From Amoebidium appalachense (lineage: Eukaryota; Protista; Ichthyosporea), in contig CAVNZM010000015.1 of assembly GCA_963693365.1 (NCBI GenBank), positions 1,178,001-1,242,000 on the forward strand: a stretch of 64,000 nt of DNA, given 5' to 3'. The position numbers and the translations under genes were made by a program. This document shows positions 1 to 30,460 of the stretch, piece by piece. The number at the start of each line of letters is the position of its first letter. Positions within the stretch are counted from its first letter, which is position 1. The notes beneath the pieces were generated by a model. The model searched no databases, was not told the origin of the DNA, and saw only the letters and a program-made list of their open reading frames with translations.

Positions 1-20
1 TTTTGTTGTTTTCCTAACAG

Positions 21-1106
21 AGTTCAGGAAAATTGCTTTTGCCACCTTCATCGGGTTCTGCATCATGGGTGGCATTGGCTTCTTTGTCAAGCTCATCCAC
101 ATCCCCATCAACAACATCATTGTGTATGTTACCCCCCCCCCCCCCCCCCCCCCCTTCTCCTTCGTCCCCCGTCCCCCCCACCACACACACAAAACACACG
201 CACATACATACTAATGCACTCGCACACACATACCTACACACACACAGAAAGGGGGGGGAGGGGGAGAGACAGAGAGACCAACCGTCACAAAACATATACA
301 TACACCCATATGTTCATGCACGCACTTGCTCATGTGCACGGGTTTTTCCTACACTTGACTTAATCTATGGGCCGTCAGGGGGGATAGCATACAGATGAGT
401 GTAGGTATGCTTCTGAAGCAGCCGAGTAATGTTTCTTAGTTTCGAGCTCTTCTCTTAGCTTTTTGGGGGTGCCCTCCCTCCATATTTCCAACCCTCTCAT
501 GCATACATCCCCCCTCCCCCCCTGCACACACACACGTGCGCACCCACACACTCCACACGAAACACTTCACACACATACACACACACACACACACTCTCTC
601 TCTCTCTCCTTCTCTCTTCTTCTCTTCTCTAAGGGCATGCCTCTGTGTGTTTTGTATGCATTTCTTCCCTCCACGTGCATGTGTTGTGCACGTGTTGTAG
701 CTGAAGTGCAACTTTCTTTCAGCGCACACGCACACGGGCACACACATGCACACGGTCACACGTGAGTGCAAGTTTAAAGGCGCACACGTCTTGCAGCCTT
801 TGCACAAGGAGGGGGGGGGGGGGGGGGGGGGAGGGGAGGGGGAGGGTCTTTTCGGGGGGGATGCCTGTGCTGCATATGCACAAGATAAAAAAGTAGTGGG
901 AAAGTATTTGGTGTCGTTACTCCCCCCTCCCCCCAAAAAAAGAAACACCACCTTCACCACCACACACGCGTACGTGCACTCGCACGCTCGCTCACACTAC
1001 TCACACACACACACTCACTCTCTCCTTCACACAAACTCACCCCACTGCCACCCTAACGCTAGCATCCTCTCTTCTTTCCCCTTCATCCTTCTTCCTTTAA
1101 CCCCCT

Positions 1107-1139
<33 letters not shown>

Positions 1140-1568
1140 TTTGAGTATTGTCGATCTGTGGTCCCCTCTGTTAGGCTGGGTTCTACTGATAGTGCATGTG
1201 TGTGTGTGTGTTTAGCGACATCTGCATTTTGCTATCCGTTGTTAGGGTGTGTGATGTGCTTCGTACACTGTAATGCCGTCCATCATTCCCCTCCCCCTAT
1301 CACACATTCAAACCCTCCCCCCCCCCCCCCAAAAAAAAAAAAAAAAAAAAAAGAAGAAGAAGAAGAAAGAAAAAGGAGAAAGAAGAAAGAAAAAAATAGG
1401 TGAATTCGGGGCCTTTTTTCTTTCTTGCAAGTGAGCTACGTCATGTGTCTCCCAACCCCTCGCTTACATCCACACCCCTTTGTTTCAACTTTGCATTTTA
1501 TCATTCATACCAAACAAGGCATAATCCCCTACTGATTATGCATGTTTTTCCGCTACAGGGGCGCATAA
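21..1568 (+). CDS. SEC61G: Protein transport protein Sec61 subunit gamma, last two coding exons (21-123, 1559-1568); 5' part is upstream of the window
   Basis: After CTAACAG the exon reads (E)[33 protein letters not shown](V), the conserved Sec61gamma/Sss1 C-terminus. GTATGT donor at 124. Acceptor CTACAG at 1558 gives G GGC GCA TAA, completing VGA*. Confidence 0.95.
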
Positions 1569-2230
1569 GAGTGTCTTCATTTGAAAAACGGCTCCCGTCC
1601 CCACGCCAGCAAAACATGCCGGAAAACACGCCCAATGTTGAAAATGTTCAAGAAAGACAAGCAAAAGTGTGTGGAGGTGTGTGTATGCTGAGAGGGGACG
1701 ACACGGCGTGAGCTTGTTGATGAATCGAAGGTGAATCGACGAAGGGTCTATGTTAGTGCCTGCCTGCCTAGCCTGGGTGCTTGGTGGTGCAGAGTAACAA
1801 AAAAAGAAAGAAAGAAAAACGAAACAAAAATACGGGGAAAGTGAATAAAAAGCGAAGCGAAAATGATGAATGTGGCGCGCCTTTTTTAAACGTGTGCGTC
1901 ACCTGAATGGGGAATCCTTGCAAGTCCGTCCACAACATTGAACTTTCCTAAATTTGAACACACACGACGCGTACACACACACACACTCAAACACACATAT
2001 GCGCGCGCGCACTCACACACACACACACACAAGCAATAGAATTGGCCCTTCTTCTGTTGCATACTATGTAAATTTGTTCCAAAGCTACCCTCTGCAAAAT
2101 CTCCGTGTGACACACATGCATGCACACACCCTTTGCTACAAGTGCAAACAGTGCCTTCCGGCATTGCCGATGGCTCGCATAATGATAAGCTACATACCCC
2201 CCCCCCCCCCCCCCCCCCCCCTTCCCCCCG

Positions 2231-2357
2231 GCTCGTGTAGATGACTTGTGAGCCCTGCCCTGAGGATGAGTTCTGCTCAACATGCATGCTCTTCAATGTG
2301 TCGTTTGCACTCTGCATTGTGTTGTGGATGTGTACTTCGTACTTAATGGCGCATTCT

Positions 2358-2392
<35 letters not shown>

Positions 2393-2745
2393 TCCCCCTT
2401 CCCCACATCCCACCTCCCGAGCGGATAGGGGAGCTTCCCAAAAGCCCCGATTCCTGAGTTCCTATCCATATTTTATCTTTCTTTTCTTACTGCTGCAACC
2501 TCTTGAGTCATCCTCCGGACCGGGTTCTTCGGAATCCCACTGCTCACTTGCATGTGGCGTCTCAGCTGCTTGCAAAAATATTTGTCATAAACCATGCTCG
2601 CCTTTGGTAAATCGGACGACCCACCACTGTTCATATGGAACAGTATCTGAGAAAACGTTGGGAACATGTTTGGGTTACGGTTTACACGCGCGCGTCGACA
2701 AGTGTGTTGAATGGGTCGAAACTGGGGCTCTGTGGATGACGTAAA
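2231..2745 (+). mobile_element. Divergent copy of the poly(C)-ended interspersed repeat: module A (~2236-2360), C-run, structured module C (~2428-2743)
   Basis: Shares GGGGAGCTTCC..AAGCCCC, TCCTGAGTTCCTATC, CTTACTGCTGCAAC, AACAGTATCTGAG, GGTCGAAACT, TGTGGATGACGT and CCCTGAGGATG..TGTGTACTTCGTACTT with the copy at 57356-57710 (-); the 3' blocks are also in 40168-40425. Confidence 0.75.
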
Positions 2746-3081
2746 ACCAACATACACACATGGTATCACACACTGAAACCAACCGAGATAGACACCTGGG
2801 CGCCCCTCTGAACTTCAAGCTCAGGGGAGCGTGACTCTAAGATATGTGCATCGTGTGGATGCCAGCCTGAGGGGGTTTTACCCACAGAAATTTGGTTTGT
2901 TGTACGTGGAGTAACCTGCGCAAGCGGTAGTGGCTAGGTAAATAATGAAAATTAAAAGCAACCTTTTAACATGTTCTTTCCCTCCCTCCCTCCCTCTCTT
3001 TCTTCCTCTCCCTGCCTCAACTCCCCCCTTCCCCCCCCCCCCCCCCCCCTCGGAATCCCCCCCCTGCCCCTAGGCCTCCAT

Positions 3082-3113
<32 letters not shown>

Positions 3114-3549
3114 CACCACCACCCACATCTTCCCTCCTCCCCCCCCCCTCCCCCCACCTCTCCTAAGCCCCCCCCCCCCCCCCCCCCCCCCCACTTTCCC
3201 CTCGGAGTCCCCCCACCGCGGCCCCACCCCGTCCCCCCATCCCCTTCCCCCCCCCCTCCCCCCCCCCCCCCCCAACTAAAGTTTCCCCTCCGTTCCCCTC
3301 CCCCCGTGCCTCCCCCCGCCTGAGCCCCCTAGCCTCTGCCCGCCCGAGACGCCCGGGCCCTCCTCGGCAACTCTCTCCTTCGAAACCTCTCTTCCTCCCA
3401 TTCTTGCCCTGACACCTCTCCTCCTGTAACGTATTTTTTTCCAAAACATCGGTCACAGAGAGACAGATCTGAGGACCCATATGCATGTATCTCTTTCTCT
3501 GTGGGAGACTCGACCCCCCCCCACACCCCACCCCCCCTCAACCCACCCT

Positions 3550-6731
<3,182 letters not shown>

Positions 6732-7859
6732 CTAAAAACAGGATGTGTGTTTTGGGTGTGGGTAGATTTGCGGTTATGTCAGTGCGTAGTTTTTTGTGGT
6801 GGGCGAAGGAATCGAATAAACGGCAGCTATCAAGGACCGCCAGAGAGGAGATTCGGCAGAGAATTACACGGCGTGTGCGGACAAGAGGTGGTGATTCCAC
6901 GTTTGTTTATTTTCAAATCTTTCCCTCCACCGTGATAACACATGTAACATTAGGCTGCAGGTATGTATGTAACTGCTACAAGTGTACCTCGGTAGCGAGG
7001 CCAACTGTTTACCGTCGTGGTATCAAAATTTGAGGTTACCTCTGGTTGACGTGTAAGAACTAAGTTAGATGATTTTACCTTGCAGCAAACTCGCGCTGTG
7101 CACGAAGTAGTGCAACACATATCAAGAAAGTTGTGAGCATTAACACAGTGTGTTACACTATGAACGTATGTACTGCAGTGGAGCTCAACGACTTGGCAGC
7201 CAGGCTATGCAATGTATGCATGTGTATACCTGGATACGTACGTGCTTTCGTTTTATGGCAGTTCTGTGGCAAGTTCCGATTATATTCAACATTCATAGCC
7301 AGGTGTACATAGACGCGTGCAGTGCCTTTGTAGTCTAAGACACCATGAGAACGAGCCTCATCGAGGTTGGCAACGTCAAACATGATTCTCGGTGGAATTC
7401 AATGAATCCAGCGACAATCACGCGTTGTCATCAATGTTGGTTGAATACAGACTTATTATTATTATATAGTGAACCAATCGTGTGAATCATGCATGATAAA
7501 GCGTTTGTCCGTTACGCGTTCTTTCGAAAATTCCCGTGTAAGGGCGAAGCAGCAAATACACAGTGAAACATGAAATACGTACATGTCTCGTTATTGTTTG
7601 ATGTATGCGATTCTGAGCAAGCTACGACCATGCAAGATTTCGGGTTGACCGCGCCGATGTGACTGATACAACTTATGTTCCATATTATTAGCATTCCTAT
7701 TCGTACATTTTAGGAACCCAATCAAAACGTCGTATGCTAATGTCCAATAGGGAGCGGCTAGTCTACCACATGAGTGCGAGCGCACACACACAAATGACAT
7801 ATCAGTGACATGTACTGCAATACTGAATGGGCCCACTCAGTAGTGCCAGATTCTGAGCA

Positions 7860-8372
7860 CGGGAGGGAGGGAGGGAGAGGGGGGGGGGGGGGGGGGGGGG
7901 GGGGGGAGGGGGCGGGGGGGATGGAGCTGGGGGCTGAGAGGGAGGAAGGGAGCTCGAGGCCGAAGGCCGCGGAGGGAGCGGCCGCGGAGGGAGCTGGGGG
8001 AGAGGCCGAGGGGAAGGAGGAAGGGAGGGAGGGAGCTGCGAGGGAGGGGGAGAGGGAGGGAGTGAGGGAATTGGGAGGGAAGGAGGGAGGGAGCTGCGAG
8101 GGAGGGAGAGAGGGAGGGTGTGATCATGCATACGAGTACGAGGGCCGGGATATGGAGCTGGAGGGAGGGCCCCGATCGCGAGGGAGGGGTCCGGGGATAT
8201 TAGGCAGGGAGGGAAGAGGGCCCGAGGGGGGGAGGTAAGGGAGGAAAGGAGCTGGGAGGGATCCCGAGCTCGAGGGAGCGAGGGAGGCCTTTAGTCGAGG
8301 GAGGGGGTATGGGGGGCCGGGGGGAGGGGGGGGGGGGGGGGGGAGGCGGCCCTGGGGCCCAGGGGCCCGGGA

Positions 8373-8416
<44 letters not shown>

Positions 8417-8452
8417 GGAATGGAGAGAGGGGGGAGGGGGAGGCCTAGGGGG
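7860..8452. repeat. G/A-rich degenerate tandem repeat (GGGAGGGAGCTGCGAGGGAG-like) with G-quadruplex potential
   Basis: Recurrent GGAGCTG(C/G)G motifs between G-runs. The irregularity may reflect noisy base-calling. Confidence 0.6.
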
Positions 8453-11400
8453 ATTTATGTAGGTAGGACATGCCGCAGCTGCGCGCGCAGTGTTTCTTTT
8501 GGGGACTACTCGCCGCGGCCAGCGTTAGCGGGTAGCCTAACCTAGGCTTTGCATACGTCGAATTGGCATTCGAATTTCACTAGCTTACCTGCCGTTATCA
8601 CATATGTATGGTAATCCAACATTTACTGCATGCATGTCACGTGTACGCTGCGTGGTGCACGTGATCCGGCTGATTCTGATCTAGTGCGAATGACGTTTGT
8701 GATTGGCTTAATTTGCATCAATCCAATTTTGAATGCAATTGGATTGGCTGACTGGTGCGTGCCAGGAATCCCCCACAACCGTTGATCGTGTGATCCGGTG
8801 CCTTAACTTTCTGTCGGAGCTACCGATGCTAGCATCTGCTTACCCATAATATGTAATAGGGGTGTCAGATACTACGATGGCGCTCATTGTTGCCTAGCAT
8901 GTACATATGTCACTGGCTGCATTTGATTGGCTGTGCTGGAAAACGCAGTAGGCCGTCGAATGTGGCTGGGCCTCCGGCAATGTCCACGCAATAAAAAGTG
9001 TGTAAACCCCCTGAGGTAAGGCGTTCCGCATTCTGATGCCACATTTTCAAAATTCAAATTTGAAATTTCAAGAGCATCGTGTGAATATAGAAAACAGCGC
9101 CTGGTCACTCGTTATTTCATTTATACTAACTATATTCCTATTTTTGTAAATCAATTATCGGTTTCTTCTTAATATTTGAGAAATCGGCCCGAACCCCGAC
9201 TTATATTAGACCCGTAGCCCCTGGTCAGCCGGACTAGGCTGTTAATAATAAAAAAAGAAAATATTGGGAAAATAAATGCACGGGTGTCTGCTACACTGGC
9301 TGGCAATGTGAACACTTTAGACTTTTTCATCACATTGAGTATTTATATGATTTTCACACAGTGCTCAGGTATCTCAGTGTGCACTTGTTACTGGATAACC
9401 CGTGAAGTTTTTATTGTCTTCTCAGTATGCCGTGCATACTTGCATATCTTTCCGTCGAATAAATTCAGTCAAAAGAAAAATAAAATGCAGGTCGTGGGGG
9501 TTCGTGGAGCAAAATTCTCAAGAGCCAAGCGATGCGCATTCGACCAATCCGATGGATGGGAACGACAGAAAGCTCCATGCGAGTCCATTATGTTAGGCAA
9601 AATTGTACAAACAGAGGCAATAAGTTGTGCCAACTTAGCTTGTATATGGCCCCATGTTCAAAAATGGAAACGAAGCTCATGGATTGGGAGGAAGTGCAAA
9701 CATGCATATGTGAGAAACGCAAACATCCGAGTCCTGCGGCCGGTTGTTGTGTACGTACCTGAGGGTGTAGCGTGAACGTGGTGCGCGCATTTATTTGCCC
9801 GAAATTCACGCTAATCATTCCAAATGACTCCAGGCAGCCACTAAGTGCACATTTGCATACAATACGGTAACAATGTTGGCATATCACGGCGTGCGACCAT
9901 GTATATGGTTCATATGCACACATACGTATGTCCAAGTACTCATTTGGCAGATGTGGAATTGTGGATCTGTCAGTCATCTGTGATGAAGAGAGAGTGCATT
10001 TTTTGAGGGTGGGTTCAACTTCTCAGTCTTCCAGAAGCTGTACCTGAATCTTGCGATTACAACGTTTGTTCGTGAGACGTGCGCACGTGTGTGCACACGT
10101 GTGTGTGTGTGCGTGTGTGTGTGTGTTCCTGTGCGTCTGTGCATCTGTGTACGCATGTGTGCCTGTGTAAACGTGTGGTTGTGTGCCACATGTGTATTGT
10201 GTACAGTCATGTGCGAATCGATATGTGGTGCTTCGGAGAACATACCGTAACGTTCATTCCGAAATTGTAGTAGTTAGCTAATTAGTAGCTTAATTATAGT
10301 TCAATCAATAACCCAATTTAATACACATTTCAATCTGCCTCAAAAAGCAAATAAAGATTCACTCTCACCCGGTTCAGATTGCAAGAAAGGCTCATAGAGC
10401 TCGAGTCACTGTACGTGAACACATACGTATGCATTATACCCGCCATGTATTCCAACGCATACCAGCTGCTACAAGCTTAGATACGTGATCATCTAGCTTT
10501 ACAGCTATAGATGGTAGGTGCCGTGACTCGGATCCAAGATCTACTTTTGCTGCCAGTCACTCTAGATCTCCCGGCAGCAACAAACTTGTTTGTGGCTCTC
10601 TACAGCTCGAAGGGTGCAACGTCACGGTTCGTACGGCGCGGAGCACCTCGACGTAGCTCCGTGCACCAAATGTTCCGTTATTATTCTGTGTTTCAAGCAC
10701 ACCTGACTCATGCTACCAGCACACGTTTTGTACATGTCTCGATTATAACATCAGGCAGCCGTGCCAAACTTTTCACGGACTTGTACAGATTAATAATAGT
10801 AGTAGTTTGAAAGTAGCATTATACTAATAATTTAGTATACGAGCTATTTTGGCGACACACCTATATCTTGTTCAAAATTTGAAACTTGGAATTATTCAAT
10901 GGCAGCGGTCCTCCTACTCTTAGAAGCAACGAGCAACAACAAAGGGCATAAAGAAAACTCCGGTGAAGCAATACTATACTACGGAATTAGATCGTACATA
11001 CAAACGACAACCCGGCCGTGAGCTCGATAGTAATAACTTGTCTGTTAGCAAGACATGTGGTGTAAAGTGATACGTTTCGATAGCGGCCTATTGAAGAGTG
11101 CGAAAACGCCACTAGCTACAGAGATACGAGCGCCGAGGAAAAAAAAAACCCACAAAACATATGCGAGTACCACACTTTGGGGACTTTGTGACAATATCCG
11201 AGGTCTTCTTTCCCTGACAATTTGACGAGCATGGCAAAACCGAGTGTCCTTTATGTGCAAGCGTAATTCAGCCGATCGCAAAAAAGAGAGAAAACAAAAC
11301 ACGGTCTGAGCACACTGGGTTATTGGCACGCATCGTATGTATTCGAATACTGACATCTGCAACAACCCGTATTTAGAACTGCAAAGCTTTCATAGGCACT

Positions 11401-11675
11401 ATTTACCATAGTATTCAAAGCAAAACCATAAAGCAACAAAACACGTTTTTTTTTGTTTTTTTTTTGACTTTTTTTTTTTGTGACTGATCACTATAATGAG
11501 CCATGCAGAAACTCATAACGCCGTTCCTCACATGTATTACATCGCTTTATGTTTGATTCCAGTATATGTCTTTGCGTTTTACACAAGGTTGTAATATTTC
11601 CACCAGCCTACATTGCGCCGAAAAAGCGAAACGAAGAGCGAAAACCGTAAAAATTGCCAATTTCCAAACGCCATA

Positions 11676-15684
<4,009 letters not shown>

Positions 15685-15705
<21 letters not shown>

Positions 15706-15930
15706 TGAGATATATTCGGGATAGATGTGCATGGCACGGTTGATAATCTGAAATATCCATGCGATGTCTGGGATTGTTTTGGGATGAATGTTGTGTCATG
15801 GTAGACTATCTGGAATTTCCGTTTATTGAGATATTCGGGATATATGATACGGTTTATAGTCTGGAATATCCATGCAATGGGGCTGTTTTTGGATAAATGC
15901 TGTGTCATAGCAGACTGTATCTGCAATATC
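15685..15930 (+). repeat. ~120-bp diverged tandem duplication overlapping the last codons and stop of the 7TM-RGS gene
   Basis: TATCTGGAATTTC.GTTTA.TGAGATA..TTCGGGATA...AATATCCATGC...TGTGTCAT.G.AGACT occurs at ~15686 and ~15807. Confidence 0.8.
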
Positions 15931-16104
15931 TGTGTGATGAGATAGATTGAGATAATGCCGTGTTGGCAGGCTATAGCTAGATGAAATTCTGGGATATATT
16001 GAACGGTAGGCTAGGACATGCTATGTGGGTTGTAAAGAGTGCGCATGTCATAGATACGCACAAGTCTGCCTCGCGCACACAGAGATACAAAAATTGTGAA
16101 CACG

Positions 16105-16186
<82 letters not shown>

Positions 16187-17019
16187 CACTGCCACGCAGC
16201 GGCTGGAGAGAACGATCGAGTCAAGTGTGTTCATGTGCAAGTACACACGTGCATCACAAAACGTGCTTTAAGCCAAAAATACGAACGGTTTTCCCGTCCA
16301 AAGGCAGGCATTTCAAGCTTTCTCACCGCCACCCTGGTCACCACCTACATGCCAGGCTGCACACACTCAACAACTACAAGCGTCACCTCGTAGTGGCCGA
16401 TATAAGATTACGCGAATTAAAGCCGAAGCCAGGTGGAATCATAAATTTTCCAAACTATAGTGCTAGAATCTTACATTTGGAGAATCTTAAATTAACCCAC
16501 CCCTGTAACTGTTTGTCCTATTCAAAGATATTGAATTGGACACGTTATCAATAAAATGCATACTTTCGAACCGTTTGATTGCAAGTTGAATCGAATACAA
16601 GTTTTCAGCAATAGCGACACAAAAGATACAACACACAAGCGCTGTTTCAAGCACATAAAACACAAAGCTTGGTCCTTTTATGCACATAATTATTGCTGGA
16701 AAACTCTGAACAAGTGTAGATATCCAATGGCACACACTATGAAGAGACTAAAAAAAGCTACGAAACTTTGTCCACTCGTCTTTGTTGTCGATTCAGATCG
16801 AATCCGATCCGATCGGACTAACCATATAAGGTATGTCCGCAAAGTTGTGATCGAAAAGCCGGGTGCTTATACAAATACATAGTGATCTCATAGTGCTTAT
16901 TACGTTATTGTACCCCTTTAAGTCATTCATTCAAAAGACACACAGAAGCATAATATTCTTTACACAAGTAAAATTACAATCAAATTGAATGGGATTTCGG
17001 AATTCATATATTCACAAAT

Positions 17020-19950
<2,931 letters not shown>

Positions 19951-20497
19951 GTTGTCCCAGTGCGATCGATCAAACAGGATTAATGAAAAAAAGAAGAAAT
20001 GAAGATCTATCTTATTATAGTGACGAGCGAAAGGAAAAAGATGAGGAAAACCGAGAAGTCCTAACTGTACTCTCCGGATCTGACTGCCGAATGAACGATC
20101 ATTCGAATGTCGAACTAAGGTCGGGCCTTTTTTACCAGGTAGAAAAGACGGTCGCGCAACACAAAAAAAAAAATTCAAATGCTGTAAATGGAAAAGACCC
20201 TGCTCAAAAATTAACTGTGGTTAAAAGGTGGTAGTTCCGGAAAAGGTACCTTGAGCTAACATGCAGGATGCACGGAAGTCCGAATCCTCGCTGGAAAATG
20301 GATTTGAAAGCGGTGGGGCAAAATTGAAAAGAAAAGATAAAAAAAGACCAAACTTTCGGGGGGGAAAAAAAAGAGGCAAATAAAAAGACACGTTTGATTG
20401 GATCGGAACGCATCTCGTCCTGGAGGAGGGCAAAATCATCGGTGTGTCATGAACACGGCCGCGTGTTCGTTCCGGGAAGATGTACGTATATGTGTGT

Positions 20498-20546
<49 letters not shown>

Positions 20547-21129
20547 GGGGGGGGAGGGGGGGGGGGGGGGGAGGGCACGCTTGCGTGTGTGTGTGTGTAG
20601 GCCTGTGTGTGCGTGTGTGGGTTGTGGGGTGGGGTGGGTGGGGGGATGCGGAAGATGAAAAAGGGTACATACGGCCACCTCGTAAGGGAATTTGTTTACT
20701 TCATGATGCACAGATGCATCACAGAACTACAGAACTACAGATCTACGTATGCATCATGCTGATGCCAAGATTAATATTTATAATGACATTCGAAGCCACT
20801 AGGTCATACGTAGTACTCAAAAGAAATAACAAACAGGAAAGAAAGGAAAGAAAAACGTCATGACACAAAGAATCAGAGTCACCATCTTTCGTGCAAAATT
20901 GCAACAAACACTACCACACCACACTTGCAACTCGATCTTCAACTACGAAAAACACACACACTTTCAATCCTACGTAAACCATCACAGAATGCCGTACAGA
21001 CATACACCCAACCCGAGCATTTTACCACCACCCTATATACACAAAAATTTTCCGTCACAGAACCCCAAACAACAAACTGTCTAGGTCATACACTATGGTC
21101 TATAAACGTACATGCCTTGTTCGTCATAT

Positions 21130-27312
<6,183 letters not shown>

Positions 27313-28537
27313 TTTATTCCCTTCTGACTACTTCTTTGGGAGAGTTTACACCTCTTCATCTCTGCGTGATCACGTTTTTAATGTGTTCTATTGGTGTACG
27401 ATGTTGCCAATGCAGAGACAAACTGCGTGTATGGGCTGGGCGCAAACAGAAAAAGCCGGAAACATGTGCTGTGTGTTGCTATCAGTTCTAGTGATGTTTG
27501 AAAGCTATAAAGCTATAAAAAGGGGTGATGGTTGAAAAAGGCCCTGCATGAAAGGTCCATGAGGCCCGCATCAGAACATATCTCAGTGCTTTTAAATTGG
27601 CGAAAAAAAGACTTCCCCCCACCTTGCCAAGTGCTCATGCCCGCCTTCTAGCTCTGTACTTTCATCTGCCTTACGGAATGCCACGATGAAAAAAAGGAAC
27701 TGTATCTAGTAGAAGCATGAACGGTATGAAATATGTTATAGATGTCAAAAGTTCTTTGCTATCCTCTAATGTCTAAGCAAACGTTCTAAAACGAAAAAAA
27801 AGGTTGCAGGACGTACATCTTATCTTCGCACCTGAACAGGACACAGGCTTCACCAGTGTACACTCAGTTGTTCGTAACCGTCACAACTTGGTTTCAAAGG
27901 AATGTAGCTTCATTAAGTTAGGAAAAATATGATTGGTCGAATAAAACCGCCATAGTTACCGTATTTGGCTAGTTGAAAGTTTACGAATGAACCCCCAAAA
28001 TGCTGTTTGACAAGCACAACAATTTTTCATTTTCTAGTAAACTGACGAAATAAGGGCTTAGTTCATTAATTTGAGATAGAAAATTATTGAATTGTAATTA
28101 ACATCTTGCTATAAAATGCAGATTTATAATGAGGGATAGAGAATAGTTAAAAATAGTGGGGGCGTATAGAAATTGTGAACACAGTGTAAATTACTTTAGG
28201 GTATGTACCTAAGTTTCTGTGAATAGATCTTCAGCTTATCCCAAGATAGATATACCGCTTCTCTTTTTTGCTCGGCATCCCATGGACCGTCGGAGTTTTG
28301 TGTCACGTTTTGTTCTTTTCAACTTATGCATGTTTCCTCTTCATTAATCCTCTTCCAGTATTTCTTCCGCATCACTTATTCTCGACCGCTCTTTGCATTA
28401 TTTCAAACAAGTTAAAACTACTGTGTGCTTGATCTGCACTGTTCCTGAACTCAAAACGTTTCGTCACCAGAGATATTGTTTTTCAGCGTGTGCATAGGAT
28501 TCCTTTCAAGAATATAACAGCTCAAGGCATTTGAAAA
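27313..28537. promoter_or_regulatory. Probable bidirectional promoter and 5' UTR region between head-to-head MPPE1 and VPS25
   Basis: Divergent ATGs 1.2 kb apart. The interval is AT-rich and lacks the C/G runs and microsatellites typical of the introns. Reverse CCAAT (GATTGG) at ~27931. Confidence 0.6.
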
Positions 28538-29319
28538 ATGGCTCAGAAGAAGCCCACCCCTACGTTTACCTGGCCGTCTGTCTACACCTTCCCTCCTTTC
28601 TTCACGTACGTGTTCCTCAACACCGTTACCTTCCAATTTCTCAAGTTTCCCTTCTGCCCCTCCCCCCCCCCCCCCCCCCCCCCCCCCGGGCCTTCCTCCC
28701 GGCCCTCCTCATCACACATGCGCGGTGTCCTTGTAACTTTTTGCTGTACATCTCATGCACATGCAACTACCACCCCCTCCCCCCCCCCCCCCCCCCCCCC
28801 CCCCTTCCCCTTCTCCCCTCCCTCCCTCCCTCCCTCCTTTCTTGTCCACTCTCCCTCCCTCTCTCTCTCTCTCCCTCCCTCCCCTCCCTCCCTTTCTCCC
28901 TCCTCTCTCCCTCGCTCTCCCTCTCGCTCTCTCTCCTCCCCCCCCCCCCCTCTCCCCTCTCATCTCTCTCTCTTTCCCTCTCCACATTCTTCCTCCCTCC
29001 CTCCCTCCACTTCTTCCCTCCCCCCCCCCCCTCGCCCCCCCCCCCCCCCCTCTCCCCCGCCCCCCCCTCTCCCCCCCGCTCTTGCTGTCTCTCCCTCTCT
29101 TTCCTCCTTCCTTTTTACTCTCTTTCCTTCCCCTCTCTCCCTCCCCAACCGCCTCCTTCACTCTTGCATTCCGGTCGACTGCCTCCCCCCTTCCACGCCC
29201 CGTCTCCTACAAAAAGGGGGGAAGGGGGGGGGGAGAGAGAGAGGGAGAAAGTGAGAATAAGGGACGGAGATAGAACGAGAGACAGAGACAGACAGACAGG
29301 GGGAGGGGGAGAGAGAGGT

Positions 29320-29351
<32 letters not shown>

Positions 29352-29444
29352 GGAGGGAGGGAGAGAGAGAGAGAGGGAGGGAGGGGGGAGAGAGAGGGAA
29401 AGGGAGAGAGAGGGAGATAAGAGATGTGGGGAAACACACACATG

Positions 29445-29477
<33 letters not shown>

Positions 29478-29640
29478 TGAGAGTGAGATAAAAAGGTGGG
29501 GGGAAGAACGGGGGGAGGGGGGCTCCCCCTTGATCGTCGCTGCTCACACACAAGTGCACACACACACATACACACACACACTGGCACACACACTTACACA
29601 CACACGCACAAACACAAACACACACACACACACACACACA

Positions 29641-29683
<43 letters not shown>

Positions 29684-30265
29684 CCCCCCCTCCCCCCCCC
29701 CCCCCCTCTCTCTCTTATTTATACACACACTCGCACATCCATCCCCCCAGCCCCCGTCCCCCCCCCTCCCCCCTCCAACACACACACACACACATTGCCC
29801 CCTGTATGGCTTGCATTCTGCATCGTGTTATCCGTTTGTTCTTGTGTACTTCGTACTTTTTGACGCATTCAAACCCCCCCCCCCCCCCCCCCATACACAC
29901 ACACAGACATCCCTCCCAGCCCCCCTCCGCCCCCCTTCTCTCCCCCCCCCCCCCCCCCCCTTTCCCCCCCTCCCCCCCCTCCCCCCTCCCCCCAGCCCCC
30001 CTCCCCCCCCCCCCCCCCCCCCCCCCCCCTTTGTTGTCTCCTCCATATTTCGAACTCTCTAACGCATACATCACCCCCCCCCCCCCCCCACACACACACA
30101 CATACACACAGGTTGCAACCCAATGCAGAGACACGCAGCAAGCAGGTGACTGCGTGGTGTCAGATGATTAAAGACTACTACCGTGCAAAGGGCCTTTATG
30201 AGCTGTCAGTGCAGCAGGCGAGAAATGAGGAACTCTTTAACAATGAGGCTATTGGACGTACGTGT

Positions 30266-30296
<31 letters not shown>

Positions 30297-30317
30297 GGGG
30301 GGAGGGAGTGTGTGGGT

Positions 30318-30349
<32 letters not shown>

Positions 30350-30429
30350 ACCTGTTTTTATGTGTGTGTCTCTGCCTCGACATGTCCGCGTGCCTGTGTA
30401 GGTTGGTGAGTGGGACTGTGCGTGTGTGT

Positions 30430-30460
<31 letters not shown>

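Noticed and set aside
124-1558. Introner explanation for the sense-oriented repeats
   Set aside because: Copies lie inside introns and do not supply the splice sites. Host introns in SEC61G and VPS25 appear, from memory, to be at positions shared with animals.
28531-30171. 546-aa ORF and the many Pro/Gly/His-Thr/Cys-Val-rich ORFs in the track
   Set aside because: They are translations of homopolymers and microsatellites that lack stop codons. This one spans VPS25 intron 1.
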